Origin: an uncultured Alphaproteobacteria bacterium
Lineage (GTDB): Bacteria > Pseudomonadota > Alphaproteobacteria > Rhizobiales > Beijerinckiaceae
Length of the DNA: 64,000 nt
Assembly (NCBI GenBank): GCA_963820795.1
Contig: CAWGBJ010000014.1
Coordinates: 9,517-73,516 of the forward strand
Direction: 5' to 3'
Below are positions 62,953 to 64,000 of the stretch, in pieces. The notes under the pieces were generated by a model. That model made no database searches, had not been told where the DNA came from, and saw nothing but the letters and a program-made list of their open reading frames with translations. The translations under genes and the position numbers were made by a program. Each line of letters opens with the position of its first letter. The stretch's first letter is position 1.

Positions 62953-63834
62953 ATGCCTGAATTGCCGGAGGTCGAGACGGTCCGGCGCGGGCTCGAGCCG
63001 GCGGCAGTCGGCGCACGCATCAAAAAGGTCGAACTGCGGCGCGGCGACATTCGTTTTCCGTTTCCGCCACGCTTTGCCGAGCGCCTTCAGGGACGGCGGA
63101 TTGTCGCGCTCGGCCGCCGCGCCAAATACCTGCTGTTCCGGCTCGACAGCGGCGACACGCTGATCGCGCATCTCGGCATGTCGGGCTCGTTTCGCGTCGA
63201 GTTTGCGCTTGAAACCGAGATACCGGGCGTTTTCCACCGCCAGCGTTCGAAAGACCCGAAGCACGACCATGTCGTGCTGCATCTCGATAACGGCAAGCGC
63301 GTCACCTACAACGATCCGCGCCGCTTCGGCTTCATGGACCTGGCAAGCGGCCCGTCGCTCGAAAGCCATCCGAGGCTCAGCGGGCTCGGCGACGAGCCGC
63401 TGGCGCGAGAATTCGACGCCGCGCGTCTGGCGGCGCTGTTCGCCGGATCGCGGGCGCCCCTGAAGGCGGCGTTGCTCGACCAGAAGCGCATCGCCGGGCT
63501 GGGCAATATCTATGCCTCGGAAGCGCTGTTTCGCGCCCGCCTGGCGCCGTCACGGCCGGCCGGCGACCTCGCCAACGCGCGCGGCCGCCCGACGCGCGCG
63601 GCGGTTGCATTGGCCCGCGCCATCCACGATGTCCTCGAGGAGGCCGTCAAAGCCGGCGGCTCGACCTTACGCGACCACCGTCAGACGAACGGCGACCTCG
63701 GCTATTTCCAGCATGCCTTCGCTGTCTATGACCGCGAGGGCGCACCCTGCCCAAGACCGCGCTGCCGCGGCACGATCGTCCGCATGACGCAGGCCGGCCG
63801 GTCGACATTTTACTGTCCTGTCTGCCAGATATGA
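62953..63834 (+). CDS. mutM: formamidopyrimidine-DNA glycosylase
   Basis: [15 protein letters not shown] (catalytic Pro2/Glu3), H2TH region [13 protein letters not shown]-terminal zinc finger [10 protein letters not shown]...FYCPVCQ. Confidence 0.95.
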   Translation: MPELPEVETVRRGLEPAAVGARIKKVELRRGDIRFPFPPRFAERLQGRRIVALGRRAKYLLFRLDSGDTLIAHLGMSGSFRVEFALETEIPGVFHRQRSKDPKHDHVVLHLDNGKRVTYNDPRRFGFMDLASGPSLESHPRLSGLGDEPLAREFDAARLAALFAGSRAPLKAALLDQKRIAGLGNIYASEALFRARLAPSRPAGDLANARGRPTRAAVALARAIHDVLEEAVKAGGSTLRDHRQTNGDLGYFQHAFAVYDREGAPCPRPRCRGTIVRMTQAGRSTFYCPVCQI

Positions 63835-63914
63835 GCCCGGCCGGCGGCTGCGCGAACCGCCCTTATTCATTGACAAGGCCCGGCGCGGCTCCTATCTCAC
63901 CGGCAGCCCTGTCA

Positions 63915-63956
63915 GCGCGAAAAACAGGCGTTTTGGCCTCCTTTTCGCGCTTTTTG
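63915..63956 (+). terminator. Rho-independent terminator-like hairpin downstream of mutM
   Basis: GCGCGAAAA-ac-AGGC-gttttg-GCCT-cc-TTTTCGCGC (outer 9-bp and inner 4-bp stems) followed directly by TTTTTGTTG. Confidence 0.6.
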
Positions 63957-64000
63957 TTGTCTCCGTCGGCAATCGGCGCGCCAAGCGCTCCCGCGAGCGA

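Noticed and set aside
63870-63898. TTGACA-N17-TATCTC annotated as a definite promoter
   Set aside because: It lies between mutM and its own terminator hairpin, and the downstream gene is outside the window. Reported only as a low-interest observation.

Overview
High-GC (roughly 65% by eye) chromosomal segment that looks alphaproteobacterial (Hyphomicrobiales-like). This is an inference from the EF-P, FtsH and Cox protein sequences and from the rsfS-rlmH-envC-ctpA and tesA-ybbA-ybbP synteny. I support about 53 protein-coding genes. I found no rRNA, tRNA, CRISPR array, transposase, integrase or phage genes. Most of the window is housekeeping: cls, rpe, hemH, msrB, purU, ftsH, cysG, rsfS, rlmH, efp, epmA, recQ, mutM. 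The largest functional block is a compact form-I aerobic CO dehydrogenase cluster, coxC-coxMSL-coxDEF (10.5-18.7 kb, minus strand), carrying the diagnostic AYRCSFR active-site loop. Accessory-looking parts: (i) a low-GC glycoside-hydrolase-like gene between two lytic transglycosylases (3.9-5.6 kb); (ii) a CUT1 sugar-uptake operon ending in an unassignable 770-aa cytoplasmic alpha/alpha-toroid-like protein (18.8-24.3 kb); (iii) a compositionally mosaic island (34.6-37.4 kb) with one secreted protein whose N-terminal domain aligns to the eukaryotic pVHL beta domain, keeping 4 of the 5 hydroxyproline-pocket residues; (iv) a lysophospholipase / GT39 / GT2-GtrA / EI24 envelope-glycosylation operon (41.6-45.9 kb). 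Other oddities: a ybbP-type permease broken by two single-base frameshifts, a 10-bp-phased TGCAA repeat array in an 800-bp non-coding gap, a 30-bp dispersed repeat, a palindromic operator in front of sqr, tandem ctpA paralogues, and an rsfS gene with no canonical start codon. I see no convincing new multi-gene system such as a defence island. The VHL-like protein and the 770-aa protein are the best leads, and both need profile or structure searches that I cannot run.
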